Part shown: positions 56,599 through 64,000 of the stretch, one piece after another | How the letters are laid out: the number at the start of each line of letters is the position of its first letter | How positions within the stretch are numbered: the stretch's first letter is position 1 | IMG/VR virus record: IMGVR_UViG_3300044846_005309 | Location: 1-64,000 of that record | DNA: 64,000 bases | Reading direction: 5' to 3' (one strand) | Source of the DNA: a virus | Notes under the pieces: generated by a model | What the model was told of the DNA's origin: nothing | What the model saw: the letters and a program-made list of their open reading frames with translations, nothing else | Database searches by the model: none | Position numbers and translations under genes: made by a program

Positions 56599-57757
56599 AT
56601 CTAATTTTACTTGGAAGGACCGTCTTAAGATTTGCGCGTTCTTCTTAAACAAAAAGAAATTCTGGACAATGGCAGATGAGGTCTCAAAATTTGAGACTAG
56701 AATGGCTGAGTATGTTGGCAGTAAATATGCTATTTTTGTATCGAGTGGCTCAACTGCGAACACTTTAATAGCTATGCACTTAAAAGATAGGTTAAGGGCA
56801 GAAGGAAAAAATATCGTTATTTTTCCTTCTACTACATGGATTACTTCAGTTTCCCCGTTTCTTAGAGAAGGCTTTACCCCGCACTTTATAGATATTACTT
56901 TAAAAGACTTAAGTTTAGATTTAGAAAAACTCGAAGAATATTTAAAACTTAACTGCAATAAAGTTGCATGTGTATTTGTAACGAGCTTATTAGGTTTCAG
57001 TCCAAATATAGATAAACTTTATGATTTAAGTGTAAAATATGGAGTCAAAATAATGTTAGACAACTGCGAGTCTACTTTCACTCGTTATAAAGAACGTAAT
57101 ATTTCTTTTTATTTTACCTCTACTACTAGTACATATTTTGGTCATCAAATACAAAGTGTAGAGGGCGGTTTTGTGTTTACAAACTGCAAAAAAGAAAGGG
57201 ATTACTTTCTTATGGCCAGAAATCACGGAATGGTACGCAGTCTTTCTACGGAAGAAGATAAAATTCCTTTCCGCAATCTAGATGTTGATAGTCGTTTTGA
57301 TTTTAATTTATTAGGAAATAATTTTAGAAATACTAATATTAACGCATACATTGGTCAGTTAGACATTAAAAGAGCAACCAAATATACTAAAAAAAGAAAA
57401 GAATTGTATAGTTTTTATTTAGATAAAGTAAAAAATATTTCCCTTTTACAAACAATTGAAATGAGAACAGGATTATACGAAGATGTACCTTTTTCTTTTC
57501 CTATAATTTTTACCGAAGGTGGAATAAAAAAAGATATTGAAACCCGGGTACTCGGTGCAGATATTGAAACTAGGCCTATTATTTCAGGCAATCTTTTAAG
57601 ACAAACTTGTCTTAAAGAAATTGCAGATGCTAGGTCTTTTCCAGTAAGCGATTTTATACATAAAAATGGTTTTTATGTAGGGCTACATAATAGAGTTACT
57701 AAAAAACACGTTACTGAGCTTGTAGAAATTCTAAAAACCGGCCTGTCATATTTTTAA
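56579..57757 (+). CDS. DegT-family PLP enzyme, ColD-like (GDP-4-keto-6-deoxymannose 3-dehydratase)
   Basis: 'SSGSTAN', 'TWITS', 'DNCES', 'STYFGHQIQSVEGG' (His where aminotransferases have the Schiff-base Lys), 'IETRPIISGN'. Confidence 0.8.
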   Translation: MVWLLNESNFTWKDRLKICAFFLNKKKFWTMADEVSKFETRMAEYVGSKYAIFVSSGSTANTLIAMHLKDRLRAEGKNIVIFPSTTWITSVSPFLREGFTPHFIDITLKDLSLDLEKLEEYLKLNCNKVACVFVTSLLGFSPNIDKLYDLSVKYGVKIMLDNCESTFTRYKERNISFYFTSTTSTYFGHQIQSVEGGFVFTNCKKERDYFLMARNHGMVRSLSTEEDKIPFRNLDVDSRFDFNLLGNNFRNTNINAYIGQLDIKRATKYTKKRKELYSFYLDKVKNISLLQTIEMRTGLYEDVPFSFPIIFTEGGIKKDIETRVLGADIETRPIISGNLLRQTCLKEIADARSFPVSDFIHKNGFYVGLHNRVTKKHVTELVEILKTGLSYF

Positions 57758-58561
57758 CCAACTCTCTGGTATTACATCTTTGGGATCAATAACACCTTCA
57801 TAGGCAGGTCCAAACCATTTTTTAGGCCCGACCACTATTTTTTTAGGGTTAATATTTAACCAAGCAGCCCACCAGCTAAATGAACTGTTAGCTATTACGT
57901 TATGCGCGCACATACTCATTGCACACATATCTTCAAAAGGATTAGTAAGCGTAGAAAAAAATACTCTTGAATCTTGTGCAAAAGCTTGTTTGCACCATTC
58001 AATATCATCAGAGAAAATTAAATAATATTTAGTTTTAATTGACTTACAAGCTTTTATATAATACTCCTGCGGCATAAGTGGGTGATGTTCTTGTTTATGT
58101 ACGTAATCCCCTCTACGTAAATGTAAGGAGGTCGTATTTTCAGGCTCTATATTTAACTGCTTAAACAATTGCACAGCTTGTTCCTTAATTTCAGGCTTGA
58201 ATTGAAAATTGTCTATAATGTAATTTTTATTATGAATGAAATATTTTTCACTTTGAAAATAGCCAGCTAAATCAGTATTATCAGGCTGTTCTAGTACTTT
58301 ACTATCATAATGAAACCAGCGCTCATTATAAACGTTTAATTTCATCTGGCCTAGTTCTTCTATAGTTATAGAAGGAGTTTTAATAATAAAACCTTCTGCT
58401 ATAGATCTGTTCATACAATTATAATTAATATCAAAGTATGAAGGCCTTAAAGGAATTTTTACTTCATACCCTTTACTTTTACCTAAAGACAATAAAACTG
58501 CATACTGAAACATAGAATTGCCTATGTTACCGTGCACCCCCAATTTAGAGTATGTTATCAT
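57746..58561 (-). CDS. GT11 alpha-1,2-fucosyl/colitosyl-transferase
   Basis: 'GNIGNSMFQYA', 'GYFQSEKYF', 'LHLRRGDY', 'FSDDIEWC', 'IANSSFSWWAAWL'. Confidence 0.93.
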   Translation of the reverse strand: MITYSKLGVHGNIGNSMFQYAVLLSLGKSKGYEVKIPLRPSYFDINYNCMNRSIAEGFIIKTPSITIEELGQMKLNVYNERWFHYDSKVLEQPDNTDLAGYFQSEKYFIHNKNYIIDNFQFKPEIKEQAVQLFKQLNIEPENTTSLHLRRGDYVHKQEHHPLMPQEYYIKACKSIKTKYYLIFSDDIEWCKQAFAQDSRVFFSTLTNPFEDMCAMSMCAHNVIANSSFSWWAAWLNINPKKIVVGPKKWFGPAYEGVIDPKDVIPESWLKI

Positions 58562-58572
58562 TTTAAAAAAAA

Positions 58573-59325
58573 TTATTCTATCCAATTCCAATTTTTAATT
58601 TCTTGTTTTAATTCTTCTTTAGTTAATTTTGAAACTCTGTTGTATTCATTTAAGTTAGAAGCAATATATGGATTGTGGTTATAAGAAGTATCTTTTCTTT
58701 CATGAGTTAAGTGCAATAAAGGATCTGAGACTCTACCAAACTTATAACCAAGTCGGCTGAATCTTGTATAAATTTCATTATCTTCATACCCCAGCCCTTT
58801 AAAGTTTTCGTTGGCGCCACCGCCCTCCCAAAAAACAGAAGCATTAAAAAAGACCGCTCCACCAACTGAATGCGGGTTAAATAAAGTGCAATGCTCTAAA
58901 GTAACATGTTCTGTACTTGCTGTACTTTTAATTTTTTCATGAAATTGTTTAGGTACATCGTAAAACCGACCATCATATGGATAAACAATATCAGCATCCT
59001 TATTCATAATAATTTTTGTAGCTTTTTTAAGCTGGTTAGGAGTAAACAAAACGTCTGCATCATAATGCGCGATTATAGAGGTTTTCGCGTATTTTGCAGC
59101 TAAATTTACACCCCGTTGCCTATTAAAAAATTCTTCTGTTTTACAAAAAACGTACCCGCAGTTGTATTTATTTGCTAATTTAGGGGATACGTCTTGCTCA
59201 CAAAGCACAATATTTGTGTCAAAGTTGGTTTGCAAATATGGGATAGTAATATCTAAATTTTTAACTCTATCTTCACTATCTACTTTAATTGCAATTAAAA
59301 ATGTAACGTTTTTTAAGTCTACCAT
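58573..59325 (-). CDS. GT2/GT7-C (galactosyltransferase-like) glycosyltransferase
   Basis: 'HYDADV', 'GGAVFF', 'GGANENFKGLGYEDNE', 'HLTH'. Start at ATG 59325, preceded by TAAATA. Confidence 0.85.
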   Translation of the reverse strand: MVDLKNVTFLIAIKVDSEDRVKNLDITIPYLQTNFDTNIVLCEQDVSPKLANKYNCGYVFCKTEEFFNRQRGVNLAAKYAKTSIIAHYDADVLFTPNQLKKATKIIMNKDADIVYPYDGRFYDVPKQFHEKIKSTASTEHVTLEHCTLFNPHSVGGAVFFNASVFWEGGGANENFKGLGYEDNEIYTRFSRLGYKFGRVSDPLLHLTHERKDTSYNHNPYIASNLNEYNRVSKLTKEELKQEIKNWNWIE

Positions 59326-59373
59326 ATTTTTATTTACAGTAGATTTAAAATTATTACACTCTAATATTAGCAT

Positions 59374-61197
59374 ATGCGGTATATTCATTTTAAGAGGCTT
59401 AAAGCTACTAATTTTCTTTCTATTGGTAAGAAGCCTGTTGAAGTTGTATTCCGTCCCGGTCTTAATATTATTACCGGCCGTAATTTTGATAAAGCTGATC
59501 GAGCTAACGGAGTAGGCAAATCAACTATTGCAGATGCAATGCATTTTGCATTGTATGGAAGCACCATAAGAGAACTAAAGAAAGAAAACATAGTAAATGA
59601 TCAAGCCCCGGATAGTCTTTGTGAAGTAGAACTCGAGTTTGTTTGCATACAAGGAGAAACTAGTAACACTTATAAGATAGTAAGAACGCTCAATCCAACC
59701 AAATGTTATCTCTTTATGAACGATCAAGAAATAACTCGTTCAGGGGTACCGCAAACTACTGAGTATATTGTTGATATAATTAAAACTTCTTCTGAAGTTT
59801 TCCAGAATAGTGTAGTAATGACTATTAACAACACTGTACCTTTTATGGCGCAGAAAAAAGTTGAAAAGCGCAAATTCATTGAAGGCATACTCGGGCTTGA
59901 AGTGTTCGGTAATATGCTGCTTTTTGCACGTCATGACTACAATGAAACCAAACGTAATCTAGAAGTAGAAACAACTAAATTTGAAGAGATAAATCGCTCT
60001 TTACAGGATAATATAAAACAAAAAGAACTTTACGACGCAAACAAAGAAAAGAGACTTGAAACGCTTAAAGTACGTCAAACTAATAATAGTAATGAGCTTT
60101 TTCTGCTTAAAGAAAAATTAGATAAGTTTGAGCCGGTAGATAGTGAAGCTAAAGCAAAACTAGAAGAAGAGCTTAAAAATTTTACTAATGCTAAAAAAAT
60201 ATTAGCCGGAAATTTGCTAGAAACGGAAAGACTTATTACCGAGGCTAACACCCATATTAAAATTAATACCGATCGTAATAAAAAAATAAAAAAAGTAAAC
60301 AGTCTATGCCCCCATTGCGGAAAAGATTTGGCCGAAGCTGTCAATACTCAATACGAAAAAGATAAAAATGATTGTATAAGAGAAATTGAAAAGTACGAAG
60401 AAGTACTAAAAACTAATACCCCTAAACACAAGGATATTACTAGTAAAATTAGTAAATTAGAAGAAAATTTAATTAAACTGCAAAACAGGTTTAACGAGTT
60501 TGTTATACGCAAAAAAGAAATAGAAAATATAAATTCAAGAATTACCCAGTTAGACGCATGGCAACAGCAACTATCTATAGATATAGACAATCTTAATAAG
60601 GATTCAAATAATTTTGAAAAGATTATTCTAGATATAACGTCCCGCATAAACGAAACCAAAACTGGTATAACCGCTTTGCAGACACGTATTGAAATAATTG
60701 AAAACGCTAAACTAATAGTTTCAGAAGAAGGAGTAAAATCCTATATAGTTAAGAAGATTATTGAAGTATTAAACACTAGATTAGGGTTCTACTTGAAAAA
60801 ACTTGAAAGTAACAGTATTGTGCGTTTTAATGAGTTTTTTGAAGAAATTATTACTAACGAGCGAGGCAAAGAATGTAGCTATTTTAATTTTTCAGGAGCT
60901 GAGCGTAAGGCTATAGATCTAGCCATGCTTTTTACTTTTCAGGATATAAGAAGAGCACAGGCTCAAGTATGTCTTAATTTATCTATGTTTGACGAGCTTT
61001 TTGACTCGTCTTTGGATGAAAAAGGTATTGAGTTAGTACTTGATATTCTTAAAGAAAGAGTAGATAACTATAATGAAGCTATTTATATTATTTCTCACCG
61101 TAAAGAAAGTAAAAAGTACTGTATAGGCGGAGAAATAATCTTCTTAGTAAAGAAAAACGGCATTACCACACGAACAACTAACTATGACTTATCCTAA
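59374..61197 (+). CDS. gp46: Recombination ATPase (gp46/Rad50-like)
   Basis: 'NFLSIG', 'NGVGKST', zinc hook CPHC, 'FSGAE', 'FDELFDSSLD', 'ISH'. Confidence 0.95.
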   Translation: MRYIHFKRLKATNFLSIGKKPVEVVFRPGLNIITGRNFDKADRANGVGKSTIADAMHFALYGSTIRELKKENIVNDQAPDSLCEVELEFVCIQGETSNTYKIVRTLNPTKCYLFMNDQEITRSGVPQTTEYIVDIIKTSSEVFQNSVVMTINNTVPFMAQKKVEKRKFIEGILGLEVFGNMLLFARHDYNETKRNLEVETTKFEEINRSLQDNIKQKELYDANKEKRLETLKVRQTNNSNELFLLKEKLDKFEPVDSEAKAKLEEELKNFTNAKKILAGNLLETERLITEANTHIKINTDRNKKIKKVNSLCPHCGKDLAEAVNTQYEKDKNDCIREIEKYEEVLKTNTPKHKDITSKISKLEENLIKLQNRFNEFVIRKKEIENINSRITQLDAWQQQLSIDIDNLNKDSNNFEKIILDITSRINETKTGITALQTRIEIIENAKLIVSEEGVKSYIVKKIIEVLNTRLGFYLKKLESNSIVRFNEFFEEIITNERGKECSYFNFSGAERKAIDLAMLFTFQDIRRAQAQVCLNLSMFDELFDSSLDEKGIELVLDILKERVDNYNEAIYIISHRKESKKYCIGGEIIFLVKKNGITTRTTNYDLS

Positions 61198-62359
61198 TTT
61201 CGGCAATGTATTTGGAGCTCCGCAACTACCATTTGGCGTACCAGCTGTCGGTAACCCTATGGTCAACGCAGCACCTCAACAGGTTATGCAACACGGTGGG
61301 ATGCCTAACGGCTTAGATCGAGCTATTAGTTTTGCTGCCGACCATCAAGGTTGCGGGTTCTGGAGAATGCATTGGCCGGAATTACTAATTAACGGGCAGC
61401 AACTTGGAATTATTAACAATAATAATTTCATGATTTTGCAAGAGAACTTTTATGGTGGTATTAAGAGCGTACGTGTTCAAAGACAGGTAACCCCTACTCA
61501 GCTGCAATTTGTAAAGTTTTTAAGAGAGCTTTCTAATAAAACTAACAAATTTAAAATTTATTACGAAATTGATGATGTTATTTTTCCAGAAGATATTCCT
61601 GTGTATAACAAGGCTCGAGAGGCATTTGTAGACCCAGTTATAGGGGCTACAGCTATAGAAATAATGAAACATTGCGATATGATTACTACCCCGACTGCCT
61701 ACATGTCTCAGTATTATCAAAAAAGAAGCGGGGTACCTGCAATAGTACTACCTAATTATATACCTAAGTTTTGGCTAGATAGATTTTATACAAAATCTAA
61801 AATAGTTGAAAATTTTGATAGAAATAGAAAGCGGCCACGGGTAGGTTATGTCGGTAGCCCTACTCATTTCAATATTGCAAAATTACCCGGGGTTCAAGAT
61901 GACTTTAAAGGTATTGTAGAAGTTATTATTAAAACAGTAAAAAACTTTAAATGGGTGTTGATGGGGGGTCTCCCACAAGAACTTGAACACTATGTGCGTA
62001 CCGGAGAAATTGAATACCAGCCCTGGGCTCGTATTTTTGATTACCCTTCAGTCTATGATAGTTTGAATCTTAATGTAGCTATTGCACCTATTCAAAATAA
62101 TCCTTTTAATCTGGCAAAAGCTAATATTAAATACATTGAAGCAGGGGCGTTAGGTATCCCGTGTGTATGTCAAGATCTCGAGCCGTATAAAATTGCTCCT
62201 TTGCGTTTTAACACAGGGGATGAAATGATTGATAAAATTAAAAAATTGACTTCTGATAGAAAAACTTACCTCACCGAATCTGATAATGCCCGCAAAGTTG
62301 CATGTAAATACTGGCTGGAAGATCATATTGATGAGTACGTAAAGCTATATTTTACTTGA
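61184..62359 (+). CDS. GT-B fold glycosyltransferase
   Basis: 'GCGFWRM.WP', 'YEIDD', 'VLPNYIP', 'AIAPI..NPFN.AK.NIKYIEAG..GIP'. Confidence 0.8.
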   Translation: MTYPNFGNVFGAPQLPFGVPAVGNPMVNAAPQQVMQHGGMPNGLDRAISFAADHQGCGFWRMHWPELLINGQQLGIINNNNFMILQENFYGGIKSVRVQRQVTPTQLQFVKFLRELSNKTNKFKIYYEIDDVIFPEDIPVYNKAREAFVDPVIGATAIEIMKHCDMITTPTAYMSQYYQKRSGVPAIVLPNYIPKFWLDRFYTKSKIVENFDRNRKRPRVGYVGSPTHFNIAKLPGVQDDFKGIVEVIIKTVKNFKWVLMGGLPQELEHYVRTGEIEYQPWARIFDYPSVYDSLNLNVAIAPIQNNPFNLAKANIKYIEAGALGIPCVCQDLEPYKIAPLRFNTGDEMIDKIKKLTSDRKTYLTESDNARKVACKYWLEDHIDEYVKLYFT

Positions 62360-62391
62360 ACTTTATGTAAGGTCATACGACAATATGACCT
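62356..62391 (+). promoter_or_regulatory. Sigma70-like promoter with an overlapping inverted repeat upstream of the DNA polymerase gene
   Basis: TTGAAC (62356)-N17-GACAAT (62379); inverted repeat AGGTCATA-N6-TATGACCT (62370-62391) abutting the ATG. Confidence 0.5.
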
Positions 62392-64000
62392 ATGTACCGT
62401 AACGTTTATTATAGCTCTCGAGACGGGTTGATCCATCTCTTTACTTGGAATGATAAAGGAGAGCGAGTTATCAAGAAGATGGCATTTCAGCCGTATTTTT
62501 ACGTTGAGACGAATTCTGATAACGTAGACGCTGTATCTATCTTTAATACTAAACTAAAGAAAAAGGTTTTTCGCAATAGTTTTGATCGTAATAAAGCTGC
62601 GCAAGATGGAGCTATCAAGCGGCTTTACCATAATATTCAAGTAGAGCAGCAATTTTTAATAGATCAATTTAGTGAACAATACGATAAACCCGAATTTACT
62701 GCTAACCCTATTAAGGTGTGTTTTCTGGATATCGAAGTATTCAGCCCTGATGAATTTCCGGAAGCTAAAGATGCAAAGCACCCTATCAATCTAATTACCA
62801 TCTATGATAATTTATCTAAAACGTTTTACACATGGGGAACTAAGCCGTATACCTCTAAGCGTCAAAATGTAGTATATACAGAATGCTCGAGCGAAGCCGA
62901 TCTTCTAGAAAAGTTTTTAGAGTTTTGGGAGAATGGGTATTACCCGGACATTCTATCAGGGTGGAATACGGACTTTTTCGATTTTCCGTATTTAATTAAC
63001 CGTATTACTAACTTACTCGGGGAAGATGCCGCAAAGCGGTTATCCCCGCTTAAGAGTCTGTGGTGCCGGAAAGGTATTTTTGTAAAGGGTCAAGAACTAG
63101 ACCGCTGGTATATTCATGGCCTTGCAGCTATGGACTATCTTGAAGTCTACAAAGGTTTCGCTCGCGGGTTGCTTGAGTCATATGCTCTCAACTTTGTTGC
63201 GCAGCACGAGCTAGGAGAAGGTAAGTTGGCTATTAACGCAACTAATCTAGCTACTCTTTCAGAGTCTGATTGGAATAATTTTGTAGATTATAACATTCAA
63301 GACGTTGACCTACTTGTGCGTATGGAGAACAAGCTTCAATTCTTTAAGATTATACGTATGTTAGCGTATAAGGGATTAACTAATTTCGAAAGCGCGCTTG
63401 GTAAAGTCTCTATTGTAACTGGCTGCGTCTCCCTAGAAGCCCGTAAACATGGTATGGTTATACCTACGTTTGTAGAAGGGCCCACAAGAGAAGCTATTGA
63501 AGGAGGTTATGTAAGAGATCCTGAACGAGGTCTTAAGACTGCTGTAGTTAGCTACGATGCTAACTCACTATATCCTAATACTATCATTACTCTTAATATC
63601 TCCCCCGAAACTAAGGTAGGTAAAATTGTTAGTAGAGATAATGAAAATACCAACATACTTTTAACGAGTGGTAAAGAGTATAAATTACCTAATGCTAAGT
63701 TTGAACAATTTGTAGCTTTGGAAAAACTGGCTATTTCTAAGGCTAATGTGTTATACACTCAAAAGAAGAAAGGAGTTGTGCCTTCTCTTATTGACGGGCT
63801 ATATGCAGAACGAGTTGCTAACAAAAATCAGTACGTAGAGTATAAGAAAAAACTCAGTAAGTTAATTCCAGATACTGATGATTATAGAGCGTGTAAGACT
63901 TTTATGGAAAGAGCGGATACTATTCAATACGTTATCAAAATTTTGCTTAATTCTATTTATGGTGTTTTTGCTAATAAATTTTCTCCTATTTGCGATAGTG
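62392..64000 (+). CDS. gp43: Family B DNA polymerase (T4 gp43-like), truncated at the window end
   Basis: Read by hand from ATG 62392 (MYRNVYY...): ExoI 'LDIE', ExoII 'GWNTDFFDFPY', ExoIII 'YNIQD', motif A 'YDANSLYP', motif B 'KILLNSIYG'. Confidence 0.97.
   Translation, partial: MYRNVYYSSRDGLIHLFTWNDKGERVIKKMAFQPYFYVETNSDNVDAVSIFNTKLKKKVFRNSFDRNKAAQDGAIKRLYHNIQVEQQFLIDQFSEQYDKPEFTANPIKVCFLDIEVFSPDEFPEAKDAKHPINLITIYDNLSKTFYTWGTKPYTSKRQNVVYTECSSEADLLEKFLEFWENGYYPDILSGWNTDFFDFPYLINRITNLLGEDAAKRLSPLKSLWCRKGIFVKGQELDRWYIHGLAAMDYLEVYKGFARGLLESYALNFVAQHELGEGKLAINATNLATLSESDWNNFVDYNIQDVDLLVRMENKLQFFKIIRMLAYKGLTNFESALGKVSIVTGCVSLEARKHGMVIPTFVEGPTREAIEGGYVRDPERGLKTAVVSYDANSLYPNTIITLNISPETKVGKIVSRDNENTNILLTSGKEYKLPNAKFEQFVALEKLAISKANVLYTQKKKGVVPSLIDGLYAERVANKNQYVEYKKKLSKLIPDTDDYRACKTFMERADTIQYVIKILLNSIYGVFANKFSPICDS

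Noticed and set aside
15257-63758. Numerous short ORFs nested antisense within conserved genes
   Set aside because: Fully overlap well-supported genes and have no recognisable motifs or promoters.

Overview
64 kb fragment of a large, AT-rich, lytic T4-like (myovirus) phage genome with a reshuffled T4-type core. Virion genes: gp23 major capsid, gp22, gp21, gp20 portal, gp13, gp15, gp4, gp6, gp25, probable gp16, and tail/fibre proteins including a >1500-codon Gly-X-Y collagen-like gene running off the left end. Replication and recombination genes: gp43 (truncated at the right end), gp44/62, gp61, gp46/47, UvsW/UvsY, gp55, a DinG-like helicase and a resolvase. Nucleotide metabolism: NrdA/B, ThyX, dUTPase. 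Auxiliary genes: PhoH, Hsp20, GroES-like, and a 7-deazaguanine set (QueC, QueD, QueE plus a class II amidotransferase). Most notable: (i) about 12 sugar-handling genes, including a ColD/ColC-like (GDP-colitose) plus GT10/GT11 island inserted between gp47 and gp46, alongside virion proteins rich in a repeated (L/I/V)-S-(A/G/S) motif and GYS repeats, suggesting a phage-encoded virion glycosylation system; (ii) a family of late genes sharing an N-terminal 'KF...LxE' putative capsid-targeting signal; (iii) TAA(A/G)TA late promoters sitting almost on top of start codons, with few or no Shine-Dalgarno sites; (iv) a template-switch micro-inversion creating an in-frame TAA in the giant collagen-like gene; (v) an orphan sigma70 promoter firing into a structured non-coding gap (possible R-loop origin or sRNA). 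All calls come from motif recognition by eye; no searches were run.
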